Assembly: GCF_006345805.1 (NCBI RefSeq)
Contig: NW_021834787.1
Span: 6,829-70,828 of the forward strand
Origin: Octopus sinensis
Taxonomy: Eukaryota
Direction: 5' to 3'
DNA length: 64,000 nucleotides
This document shows, in pieces, positions 25,036 to 36,859 of the stretch; position 1 is the first letter of the stretch, and every line of letters starts with the position of its first letter. Made by a program: the position numbers and the translations under genes. The notes under the pieces were generated by a model. The model had not been told where the DNA came from and ran no database searches. It worked only from the letters and a program-made list of their open reading frames with translations.

Positions 25036-25989
25036 TATATGTATATATATATATATATATAAAAAAAACTTATAAAAAATTATAAAATCCGAGGAAAAAA
25101 CCTTACATTGAATAAAATACATATTGACGTTAATGAAGAAAGTATAAATTAATTCATAGAAATTAAACCTGTTATAAATATTACACTGCAATACATATTT
25201 TTATTAAAATGTGCATATATATATCAACATACACAAAAGGATGCGCGCAAACGCCATACATATACAGACGTATGAATATAAATCTAAATATACACATAAA
25301 TGCATGTGTACATATATTCACGCAAACCATCTCGCACGCAAGTTAAAAATCATGTATGTAGCGATTCTCATATACTGAGTAAGGGGGGGGGACGAAAAAA
25401 AGGAAGAGAGAGAAAAAGGAACGAAGGAGGGGGTGGGAAAAAAAAACCAATAAGAAAAAATTATGTATACAAGCTGTGTAACGGCATTATTGGCATATAT
25501 GGAGACAAGTATACAAACAAGTTCGAATGGATACATACACATACAGTCGTGTATATGTGTGCTTAAGCACAAACATACTCTCACTTACACATACACAGAT
25601 ACGCATGCTTACAAATACATATCCTCGGCTATACACATACTTACATCAACATTCTAATTTTGACAACATTGCTTTTTTTAAAAAAACATTGCTTTTTTTT
25701 AAAAGAATGGGTGCATTAATAAAAATATATACGAAAGACATATAAAATAAAATATAACACCCTATTTTGGATCATTTATAAATAATCAAGGTAATATAAA
25801 TAATCAAGGTAATCCTATACAATACAATAACATGAAAACAAATTCGAAGGTTTTTCCTGATGTATATGTAGAAACATAAGACTTTGCTATACGGATTAAG
25901 ATCCGCATAGCTTGGAAACAAAATCCATCGTAGCGCTCATCGTTCAAGAGTCAAAATCAAAATTTCAAAAATCAAAAATACAAAATATA

Positions 25990-27650
25990 TACTCTATCCA
26001 TATGGTATATATTATATTCGACATTTTAAATTTAGCCGCGTGCCTACATAAGTTCATTAGATACTTCTTTGATTCAAAGAATATTGTCTTTGCATAAGAT
26101 GTACATTTTTTCTAATAGACAAAGTTTGCACTTGAAATTATTTTTGTATGCTCCATGCCTGTATGGTGCCGCCCTGTCCAGAATGCTCCATGTCACGTTG
26201 AAAGGTGGGGCTCCTTTTCTTTTAGTTCCCAGACATATTTTGCTAGGCTGGTCCTCTTCCTATTCTCTGGGTATTTAAATGAATTTTTATGAGAATAAAA
26301 TCTTGTTTTAAATGGATTTTCTGAAGCCCCTGTGTGTCTTATATTCTGATGAGCCTTCCACTTGCACCTTGGCTCTATAAACTACTCCTTTCACTAGACA
26401 TTTCCCTTCTAACGACGGGGAGCTTTCGTTTTTGAAATTGTTTCTTAATGGGCTCGGCACCATGGTCTAATCTCAATTAGCTTCCTCTTATGTTGGCTAA
26501 TGTAAGAGGCGAAATTTCTGCAACAAGAATAGCTAACCTTCAGGGTTCTTCTATTAAATATCCTATAGAATTTATGACCCTGCTTAAAATGCTTAGAGAC
26601 TAATCTCAAAAATTCCATACCTATATTAGTCTTTACGGCCAATTGAAAGCCGGGTTGAACCACAAAACTTTCCTGGTCCTAGTTCTTCGTGCAGCATTAT
26701 TATCAGCATTAAGCTGGTTGAACTGGATCTTCTCAGAGAATCCACTATTCTTTAATGCGCTATCGTAATAAGGTGCAGCATTATGGAATGCTGCCTCGTC
26801 CGAAGAAATTGAAGATATTCTTCTACCTACATTGCTGACTAAGTTCCTAAGGATAACTGGTGGATGGTTCGAATCTTTGCTAATATACGATAGCTTTTCA
26901 TTGGGCTTACGGAAAGGTTTAAATCTATCCGATCTTACATTAAAATTTACGTCTAAAAAATCTACACTATTCAGGTTAGCATCTATCGTAACCCGTAAGC
27001 CCATCCTTTGAAAGAAAGCTATGAGGTCCTTCCTAAGTCTATCTGATTCATGGCCGTTTAGATTATGCGTGGCTATAAGGCCGTCATCCCTATATAAACC
27101 TGCATCTATAAAAGGGAATTCTATTTTAGATTATGGAGAATAAAGGCTCCTATGAGCATCCATAACTCAGCCCCGTCGTATGCCCCCATCGGTACATCGA
27201 AAAGAGAATCCTCAGTCTTCTAATCCAGGTGGAATCCTCGAAAAAAAGAAGCGATTCCTCGCATGCATAATAATATCAATTTCCGAGCTATCGATGTTGA
27301 CATACTGCTTGGCGAAGTCCAATGCCCTTAGGAGCAACGTCCTAGATATTGACGGGTAAAAGTCAATAATGTCGAATTGTGTGAAACTACAATTATTCTT
27401 ATAGCTAATACCTTTAAACCACTCTATGACTGACTTACTATTCTTCCAAATTCTCAAGTCTACTTCACTATCTAACTTAACTAAAATACGATCCAAAATA
27501 TTTTTGCTAATAATTCCTATCTCAGTTTTAGCCGGATTTATCAATCTACATTTGGGGTTTCTACTAAAATTGGCTTTATGGTCTTTCAGAGTAATAAAAG
27601 CTGGTCGTGGTGAAAGATATTCAATCCTATCGCTAATCTTAAGATACATA
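25990..27650 (-). mobile_element. 5'-truncated Penelope-like element (RT + C-terminal GIY-YIG), disrupted
   Basis: PAFITLKDHK...CRLINPAK...FDIIDFYPSI, FLDVNF, SNHPP; C-terminal FKTRFYSHK...LAKYVWELK...CKLCLLEK...CRH. Confidence 0.85.
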
Positions 27651-27862
27651 TATTTTTGACCTTTTTGTTTATCGCTCGAAGATTTACCGTTTTTTTCTAA
27701 AGGGCCAATCAAACAAGTCCATTTCTTTTTAAAGGTGTAGCGTTTGTAAGAGTCTAGATTGAATTGATATATCGGTTCCATTCTAGCAAAAACTGTCTGA
27801 TGAACGGCAACGAGAAACTCAGAGTAACAGATTTTGTTGAATTTTCTGGTGCTTAAAATAAA
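27645..27862 (+). mobile_element. pseudo-LTR fused in inverted orientation to the 5' end of the PLE
   Basis: Same sequence as ~24835-25035; joins the RT at ...ATATATGTA|TCTTAAGATTAGC on the minus strand. Confidence 0.75.
27786..27837 (+). ncRNA. Type I hammerhead ribozyme (pLTR family)
   Basis: Core CTGATGA 27797-27803, GAAA 27814-27817, helix III CTC-A-GAG, GUA site with cleavage after 27826, helix I CTGT/ACAG plus AAAA/TTTT. Confidence 0.65.
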
Positions 27863-27863
27863 G

Positions 27864-27903
<40 letters not shown>

Positions 27904-27904
27904 G

Positions 27905-28055
27905 GTGTGTGTGTTTGTGTGTTTGCGTTTGTCCCCCCAACATCGCTTGACAACCGATGATGGTGTGTTTACGTACCCGTAACTTAGCGGTTCCCCACCA
28001 TGGCCACAGTCACATGACTGAAACAGTAGTAAAGAGTAAAAGAGAGTAAAATAGT
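27905..28055 (+). mobile_element. SINE-A 3' half with an internal deletion
   Basis: GTCCCCCCAACATCGCTTGACAACCGATG...CCATGGCCACAGTC. Confidence 0.75.
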
Positions 28056-28075
28056 ATATATATATATATAGATAT

Positions 28076-28122
<47 letters not shown>

Positions 28123-28205
28123 TATATGTATATGTATGTATATATATATATATATAGATATGCAAATAAAATATGATATAATATAATAGATATATATATA
28201 TATGT

Positions 28206-28328
<123 letters not shown>

Positions 28329-28634
28329 TATAGATTACATACACAATACATTCACGCTCAAGGTTTGTTACATTCGCGTATGCATTCATGCATACACGTA
28401 AATTTCATACTCACACACACACACACACATGCTACATATTTAAGAAATCATAAAATAAAATTCTCTTTAAAAAATAATCTCTCTTCTCGGGTTTCAGAAA
28501 TTCCTCAGTTTTTAGGTTATCATTAATATCATAAAGCATTCTATTATTGGTTCCATTTACGAAGGAGTTGCAGCAAACGTTAGAGGGTACCACATTATAG
28601 AGAATACAAGACACATAATAGAGTATAAAGCAGT

Positions 28635-28830
28635 GTTTAGCAACCTATTTTCGGCCAGGCCCCGTTATGTTTTGAGTTCAAATTCTGACATGGTCGACTT
28701 TGCCTTTCATCCTTTCGGGGTCGATTAAATAAGTACCAGTTACGCACTGGGGTTGATCTAATCGACTTAATCCCTGTTTGTCCTTGTTTGTCTCCTCTGT
28801 GTTTAGCCCCCTGTGGGCAATAAAGAAATA
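28635..28830 (+). mobile_element. SINE-B
   Basis: B core; tail ...GTTTAGCCCCCTGTGGGCAATAAAGAAATA. Confidence 0.85.
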
Positions 28831-29622
28831 AATATTTTTTCATGCTAAATCAAATGACAATGAAAGTATCGAAACAGAGGATTGGGTGTTGAAATGAACG
28901 AATTTATCTGACAAGCCAAGCTATGAAAAGGAAGTAAATTGCATTGTGTCAATATCTGTGTGTGGGTGATAGGTGATTGGTTAGATTGGTAACGAAAGGT
29001 AAGTTCGTGTCTTGCAATGAGACGGAATGTCTAAAAACTTTCACTCTTTTAACTTCGAATTGAACACAAAAGCAAAATGACCGATGCACTGAGTGACGTT
29101 ACAATAACAGAGAAAGTCCTTGAACTTAGACACTTTTTCTATGTTTTGTTGCTACTGTTAAAGTCTGACTAAGCTCATTGTTGATGTTACATACCTTGAT
29201 TCTTGTCATTTTTGTTGATGTAGTTGTTGTTGTTGTTGTTGCTGTTGTTGGCGTTTTCTTTTCTTTTTTTTCCAGTAGCTTTTGTATATCTTTCATTTAT
29301 CGTTCGTTTCCTATTGCTACTATAATAATACCTTCAGTATTATTATAAAATATGTCGGATTATATTGTTGTTATCTTATAAAACATGGTACGTGTATAGA
29401 CATGCACAGGCGAATGACAGACATACAAAGAGAAATATCACGTTCTATAAACAGATGAATGATTATCTGGTTCTCTCTCTCTCTCTCTCGCTCCCACGCA
29501 CACAATCTCTCTTTGAGTACTCAAATCCAATCACGATCAAATATGGTGCGATTTGTGAATTTAGTGTTTTCAACCGATGGACTGCAGTCATACCGGAGCC
29601 CCACCGTATAAAAGAAGAGGTA

Positions 29623-29713
29623 CGCCCGCAGAAAGACTTGAACCTGCGATTCTCAGATCGCTAATTCAATAAGCCTTGGAGGCCTGATATTCTATCGACT
29701 GAGCTATGAAAGT
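29623..29713 (-). pseudogene. tRNA-Lys(UUU)-like pseudogene with an 18-nt intron at 37/38; anticodon now reads TCC
   Basis: 91 nt = 73 + 18. TAGCTCAGTCGATAGA A-box, ATCAGG/TCTGA anticodon stem, GGTTCAAGTC B-box, 3' end CGGGCG, downstream TTTT. Acceptor and T stems degraded. Confidence 0.65.
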
Positions 29714-30302
29714 GGACATGTGCAACTAACCCTACAATAACTTATTCTGGATTTCACCATAACGGATTCCTTCTAGAAAGGGACAAAGAAGTAGAGTGAG
29801 TGAGTGACAGAAGAGGGTGGGGAACAGAAAAGGAGAGAAAGGGAGAAAGAGAGAGAGGGAGAGAGAGAATCGATCTACTGTCTGACTGGTACTTTATTTA
29901 TCGACTCCAAAACGACGAAAGTCAAAGGTCTTCAGCGCGATTTGACAACGCAGCTCGGACATATACGCATGCACACACACATTCTCCTTTAAGGTGAAGT
30001 GTGTGAAAATACATTGGGCTGTGAAAGCATTTCTGTGTTTTTGCACCTCGTCAGCTACGCACACAAATTCTGTATTTCACACTCCTGTACGAACAATTCG
30101 ATATTAGAACAGGAAGCCGCGCGTTTGGTGATGTGTGTAAAGCTCGGTCAAGCTAGAATTGAATATTGTCACGCTAAGCATCGTCCCGCATTTTCTCTTA
30201 TATTTACCAGACATTTCTTTCATAGATTCTTTTCCTTAATTCTACTGTTGCGTTGAAGCTAACAGCTTGTCTTCACTACCGATGCGGGCAGAACTGATGT
30301 GG

Positions 30303-30347
<45 letters not shown>

Positions 30348-30348
30348 T

Positions 30349-30381
<33 letters not shown>

Positions 30382-30384
30382 ACC

Positions 30385-30578
30385 TCGTGAGTACCGCTGG
30401 CGATTTTTTTCCTCTGTCTTCCCTCTCGGGATCTTTCCTTCTATGTTCCCGACGAAGAGCTCCGCTCGAAACGTTAAACCTCCTTCTTCCCTTCTTTCCT
30501 GAGCGGCCAATAATACTTTATTTGTTCCGCGTCCTCGCGTGTTGTGTTTTTTTGTGTTTTCTTGTTTGGATTAACTTT
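30385..30578 (+). mobile_element. PLE pLTR-like remnant with a degenerate minimal hammerhead motif at 30444-30479
   Basis: CCGACGA-A-GAGC(TCC)GCTC-GAAA-CGTT; T-rich tail into (TA)n. Confidence 0.5.
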
Positions 30579-30601
30579 AATATATATATATATATTATAT
30601 A

Positions 30602-30632
<31 letters not shown>

Positions 30633-30654
30633 CATATATATATAAACAATTTAT

Positions 30655-30990
30655 AAGTAAGGGTAAAAGAAAAAATTTCTAATGCCAAAATATGCTGAAA
30701 ATAGACACAACGTCAATAACTATGTAATTTATCACTACAAGCACGCGTTTCGAAGATAGCCGACAGAAAAAATTCCGTTATTACCATATCGGACCCGATT
30801 TCAGAGTTAGTTCATAAGAACCTTCCCTTCATCAGTGATAAATGCGGCAAAGAAATAAGTGAAATACTTACTTATATCCATGGAAGAAGTGAACACTAAG
30901 CCACGAGCACAACTAAGTACCCCTGTGTCTATTTTCGGCATATTTTGGCATTAGACTTTTTTTCTTTTGCCCTTATAAATTGTTTATAAA
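30655..30990. repeat. pLTR-like remnant with ~55-bp terminal inverted repeats and a hammerhead-like core on the minus strand (30727-30843)
   Basis: 30655-30712 vs ~30925-30990; ATTTATCA-CTGATGA...C-GAAA-CGCG...TGATAAAT. Confidence 0.55.
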
Positions 30991-31068
30991 TTTAACCTTT
31001 AAAGGTGTTTTTTAATATGCTGGCCATTGATAGATTTTTTTCGAAAAATTTTATCCTATATTATATAT

Positions 31069-31099
<31 letters not shown>

Positions 31100-31559
31100 A
31101 TATGTATGTATGTGTGTGTGCGAGCGTGTGAGTAGTGCGTATGTGTGAGTTGTGTGTGTGTAGATATGAGACACATGTGTGACCATAGAACATGATTACC
31201 ACATTATTTTGCTGAATCCATCATATATATATATATATTATATATATATATATATTATATATATAATATATATATATATATATAGACACCTGTGTGTGTG
31301 TGTTTTCTGAAATGTCTTTCCCCCCACTCTCTCTTTCTCTCTCATTCTGTGAAATGTATCTCCATTTTGAATGTAACACTATGCAGATTCTTTATAAACA
31401 TTAGTAAACACACACAGATTCTCACACACATGCATACTCACACACACACACCACACACACAAACACACACACACATACACACACAAACACACACACACAC
31501 ACCACACACACACACACACTATATACGCTCATGCACACATACACACATAGCTTTCATCA

Positions 31560-32510
31560 TTTATTTGTTTCCTTCCTATGGACGGCGGCCATGCTGGCAG
31601 TACGGCCTGGAAGAAGAGTTCAGTGGAATAAATCGGCCTCAGTACTCATTTTCAAGTTCGATACTTAGTCCACTGGTTATCTTTGTCGAACCGCTAGGCA
31701 CCGTGGCGTGGGTGGGGCCGTAAACGAACCGACACCAGTTGTCAAGCGGTGGGCGTGGGGAGGTGACAAACACAAACACACAGACACGAAATACCTATTT
31801 TTTACTTGCCACAAGGGGCTAAACACAGAGGGGACAAGCGGATTAAGTCGATTACAATGACTCCAGTGCGTAACCGGTATTTATTTAATCGACCCCGAAA
31901 GGATGAAAGGCAAAGTCGACCTCGGCGGAATTTGAACTCAGAACGTAACGGCAGACGAAATACCGCTAAGCATTTTGCCCAGCGTACTAACAATTCTGCC
32001 AGCTCATCGCCATTTTTGAATCTATATATCCTTTTCTACTCTAGGCACAAGGCCCGAAATTTTGAGAGAGGCGGGAGTCGATTAAATCTACTCCGGTAGG
32101 TAACTGGTACTTAATTTATCGACTCGGAAAGGATGAAAGGCAAAGTCGACCTCGGCGGAATTTGAACTCAGAACGGAAAGACAGATGAAATACCTTTTTC
32201 TTTACTACCCACAAGGGGCTAAACACAGAGAGGACAAACAAGGACAGGCAAACGGATTAAGTCGTTTATATCGACCCCAGTGCGTAACTGGTATTTAAAT
32301 GTATCGACCCCGAAAGGATGAAAGGCAAAGTCGACCTCGGCGGAATTTGAACCAAGAACATATCACACTCCACCACACACACACACACACATCTACACAC
32401 TCACACGTATAGCCGACGGGCTTCCATACAGTTTCTGTCTACTAAATTCACTCACAAGACTTTGGTCTGTCCTGGGGCTATAATAGAAGACACATGCCAA
32501 AGGTACTTTG
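31560..32510 (-). mobile_element. Cluster of SINE-A and SINE-B copies and fragments
   Basis: Three B cores (~31920, 32150, 32330) and A fragments at both ends. Confidence 0.8.
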
Positions 32511-32660
32511 CAGATGTGTGTATGTGTGCACATGTACGTACATAAGTTTGTGTATATGTGAGAGTGTGTGTGCGTGTGTGTATGTGTGTATGCGTATGTT
32601 TGTATCTATGTGTGTGCGTATGTATGCATGCAAATATAAGCCAATGTATCATAACAAGTG

Positions 32661-32910
<250 letters not shown>

Positions 32911-33138
32911 CTTATATCTCTCTCTCTCTCGCTATGTATGTATGTATGTATTTATGTATGTATCTATCTATCTATCTATACACACATACATATATACATA
33001 CGTACAAACATACATACAGACATACCAAACATTAACGTGTGTGTGTGTATGTATTGTATGTATGTATGTATATACACACACCATTGTATACCTGTGCACG
33101 TGTTTGTTTTCAAATAATAACTTGACAATGCCACTCAC

Positions 33139-33240
33139 CTGTCACAAATATCACCTTAGTTTCAGCTGGCGAGTCACGGGTGTTTGAGACACCGTCACCA
33201 CTGCCAAACCCACCTAAACCAACAATATTACAATCACGGC
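33139..33240 (-). CDS. Candidate internal host-gene exon ending ...[11 protein letters not shown] (possible first beta-strand of a P-loop or Rossmann fold)
   Basis: Consensus donor CAG|GTGAGT at 33139; acceptors TTTAG| (33213, 75 nt) or TTTCAG| (33240, 102 nt); both open and phase 1-1; non-repetitive sequence. Confidence 0.35.
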
Positions 33241-33390
33241 CTGAAACCACCACCACAGCAACAACCATGACGACTACTACTAGTACCGATAGCAATAATA
33301 ATATATTAATTTTTCAGCATGTCTCGCTACAATTGCAGCGTGCAAGGTGTTTATAAGCCATTTAACAAACACACAAAACCGTTAGATTCA

Positions 33391-33472
33391 CAAAGCGACG
33401 AAAATATTTTGCCAAATTAAATTTAAATGTTGACATTTAAATTTAATTTGGCAAAATATTTTCGTCGCTTTG
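33391..33472. repeat. Perfect 40-bp-arm palindrome with a 2-nt loop
   Basis: CAAAGCGACG...TTTAAATGT-TG-ACATTTAAA...CGTCGCTTTG. Confidence 0.95.
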
Positions 33473-33498
33473 AGTCCGCGACCTGTTCACTAACAAAA
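33447..33498 (-). ncRNA. Hammerhead-like motif with G3-C8 core swap
   Basis: TTTTGTTA-GTGAACA-G-GTCGC(GGACTCAAA)GCGAC-GAAA-ATAT-TT-TGCCAAA; palindromic helix III AATATT. Confidence 0.45.
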
Positions 33499-33531
33499 TT
33501 CCATGCTGCATTTCCATTTCACTACTCCAGT

Positions 33532-33979
33532 AAGATCTTTTCGGTTTGAACTGCAGTTTTTAACATAATTTCTAGGTAACTAAAAAATTTAAACTTCGTA
33601 TACTGGTAGAATGTGTTTATGAAACATCTTTTTCTCTTGGCTTTATTGAGAAAATTCTATAGTTTGTAAGATATTTGTTGCTATTTTTTTCTTCAATTTC
33701 TTCAATTTAAACCAATCAATGACCGTCTATTGAGGTGAAAACATTCTCTGCCGTATGAATGTGTCCTTCGTTTAAGAAACAGTTTGGGTTTATTTACATT
33801 TGTGAAGAAAAAAAGATAACCTTCCCCCCACCCCTAACCCTAACCCTAACTAACCCTAACTCTAACCCTAACCCTAAATTAGATTGAAATGCAATAGATC
33901 GATACTAGGGTCATAATTATGGGTGACAATTTCATATGACACTGCTAGAAAAAACTGCCGTTCAAACCGAAAAGATCCC
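33532..33979. mobile_element. Telomere-repeat MITE, copy 2
   Basis: Homologous to 42-555; TSD TCCAGT at 33526-33531 and 33980-33985; shorter (CCCTAA)n at ~33833-33877. Confidence 0.88.
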
Positions 33980-34309
33980 TCCAGTTCTTTTTACGTTAGC
34001 AACAGTTTCAGCTTAACAATAATACTTTGTTGAGTGCATAAAATCGTAACTCCATGCATGTATGATATTTTCAGTCAGACATATTTTTGAAAAATTGTCG
34101 TATGTGGGACTTACTACATTTTTAGAAAATGCTAAACTACTGAACTACACTTGGACAATTTTCATATCTTGGCACCTGAAGCAGCTGGAGATAACCAAAA
34201 GAACCGACTATTGCAAGCAAAATTAAATATAGAAAAAAAGCAAAACAAAAAAAACACGCATTTGGCCAAATTTGAACATACGACAGTTTAACATAATAGC
34301 AACCAATAA

Positions 34310-35049
34310 GTTTTTTATTCTTTTACTTGTTTCAGTCACTTTGACTGTGTTTTTTTTTAGTCGAAGTAGTCGACTCCAGGACTTATTCTTCGTAAGCCTT
34401 GTACTTATACTATCGGTCTCTTTTGCCGAACCACTAAGTTACGTGAATCTAAACACACCAATATCGGTTGTCAAGCGATGTTGAAGGGGTCAAACACAGA
34501 CGCAGACACAAACACACACACACACACACACACCACACACACAACACACACACACACACACACACACACACCACACACACACACACACATATATTAAAAA
34601 TTATAATTTAGGGTATCTAACAGATACCACCACGCTGGAAATAGCAGCCAAAACCTGACTCTAAAACCAGATCAAATGTTCATACAGCACCAGGAGAGAA
34701 GATAAAAAACAAAATAAACTGGCTAAAAATTACTGGATAATTCCAGATCCCGGATTTCTGGATTTGTATTAGAAATGCTTTGTCTCTTCAGTGGAATATA
34801 CACAGAAAAGTAACACAAATACACACACATATATATACAGATAACATACGAATACTTACATGTAATTTTAAATATATATATACGACGGGCTTCTTTCAGT
34901 TTCCGTTTACCAAATCTACTCACAAGGCTTTGGTTGGCCTGATGCTATAGTAGTAGACACTTAGCAAAGTTGCCAAACGCAGTGGGATTGAACGCAGAAC
35001 CATGTGGTTAGGAAGCAAGCTTCATACCACACAGCCACCCCGGCGCCTA
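34310..35049 (-). mobile_element. SINE-A split by a ~290-bp insertion in its internal microsatellite
   Basis: 3' half 34310-34500, 5' half 34880-35049. Confidence 0.7.
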
Positions 35050-35396
35050 TTTAAGAAAATATCTTAAATGTGTGATATGGTTTTATTTTCTCGTCTCTTT
35101 CCGTTGAGTCATTTTTATATGAGTGTGCATATGTGTGCAGGTGTGTGTGTGTGCGTGTGTGTGTGGTGTGTGTGTGTGTGTGTGTATGCATGTGTGTTAA
35201 AGAGTTTGCAACACCACCGCTGGACGACATGTTTTTTTTATTGCGTTTAACTTTACTGTTTTCTGATTTATCTTCAAAATATTGTAAACATAAAATGGCC
35301 AACATAAACTTTGGGAATAAACATTATTACATTCCTCATAACTGATAGATTTCGTTAAAATTTGTTTGGATTGAATCATAACAAACCCTCCTTTTC

Positions 35397-35472
<76 letters not shown>

Positions 35473-35586
35473 AAATGCGACAAGAACGCAAAACATCCAA
35501 ATAGACGATACAAAAAAAAAACACGGACGGGTCATTCGAAGCCTTTAATCTTCAGTCAAGAACCGGATCACCTCGCAATTTCGGCT

Positions 35587-35729
35587 GATTAATCTTTAGA
35601 TTGCTCCAATCTGGCCAGCCTTAAGGAAAACTAAGCTAAGAGCATTAGATTCTCGGAAAAGGATCGAATGTATACGAAACAAGGACACACACATATATCT
35701 ATATATATATATACTACATATACATAAAT

Positions 35730-35820
<91 letters not shown>

Positions 35821-35963
35821 ATTTATGTATATATGTATGTATATATATATATATATATGTGTGGTCCTTGTTTCGTATACATTCGATCCTTTTTCCGAGG
35901 AATCTAATGCTCTTAGCTTAGTTTTCCTTAAGGCTGGCCAGATTGGAGCAATCTAAAGATTAA

Positions 35964-35965
<2 letters not shown>
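35587..35965. repeat. ~100-bp inverted repeat around a (TA)n spacer, pLTR-like
   Basis: 35587-35686 vs 35862-35965, near-identical. Confidence 0.88.
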
Positions 35966-36031
<66 letters not shown>

Positions 36032-36105
36032 ATATATATATATATATATATAATATAAAAAACAAGTCAAAAATAGAAAATGCTAAAATAATTTTATAGT
36101 GAACA

Positions 36106-36150
36106 TTTCAGTACCGGTTTCGGTCATTTTGAGACCTTTTCAATTGTAAC
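36106..36150 (-). ncRNA. Minimal type I hammerhead, U3-A8 variant, copy 2
   Basis: TTACAA-TTGAAAA-A-GGTC(TCAAAAT)GACC-GAAA-CCGG-TA-CTGAAA. Confidence 0.6.
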
Positions 36151-36504
36151 GATTAAATAATTAAATTTAGAAAAATTAGAAGAACAGTTTTTTTAAAGGA
36201 ATATTTCTATAGTAGTGTTCAGATATAAGTGGCATTCTGCCTTTCTCTGACTCCCTTGTTTGCACTTGTGTGTTGGAAGTCGTTGTGAGTTCTTGGTAGG
36301 GTAGTAGAGGAAGAAGGCTGATGAGGAAAGGGAGTGGGAGAATCTGGGAGTGCCCTGATGGTCGTATTTTGAATGGTTAGTGGCGGCTGGCAGTCGCAGT
36401 TCAATTCAGGAGAATATTTCTATTGAAAGGCTTGTTTATAGAATTTGCGTAGGTGTTATACTAAAAAACATTAGTGACAAAGTTAAGGGGTAGAAGGTGG
36501 AGAA

Positions 36505-36705
36505 GTAGTAGTAGTAGAAGAAGAAGAAGAAGAAGAAGAAGAAGAAGAAGAAGAAGAAGAAGAAGAAGATGACGATGTTGATGATGATGATGAAGAAGAA
36601 GAAGGGGAAGATGACGATGATGGTGATGGTGGTGATGATTATGACGACGATGATGATCATAATGATGATGATGAAGAAGAAGAGGAAGAAGAAGAAAAAA
36701 ACAGA
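36505..36705. repeat. (GAA)n/(GAT)n trinucleotide microsatellite
   Basis: Direct. Confidence 0.9.
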
Positions 36706-36859
36706 GAAGGGAGAATATGAATGGGTTAAAGTAGTGAGGTGTTGTATGACTTGAAGTTAGCATGTTATGGATTATAGCTGTGATTTTAGCTGTGATTAGT
36801 AGTGGATTCTTTGGAATGTAATATTTGTGTGTGAATATTTCTTTTATTCTAAAGTTGAG

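Noticed and set aside
34110-34185. Minus-strand exon-like segment with good acceptor and GTAAGT donor
   Set aside because: Stop codons in all three frames; at most a non-coding exon.
35520-35600. CTGAAGA...CGAA motif on the minus strand
   Set aside because: No helix I or proper helix II could be formed. Same result for CTGATAA at ~53890 and CTGATGAAGGG at ~38845.
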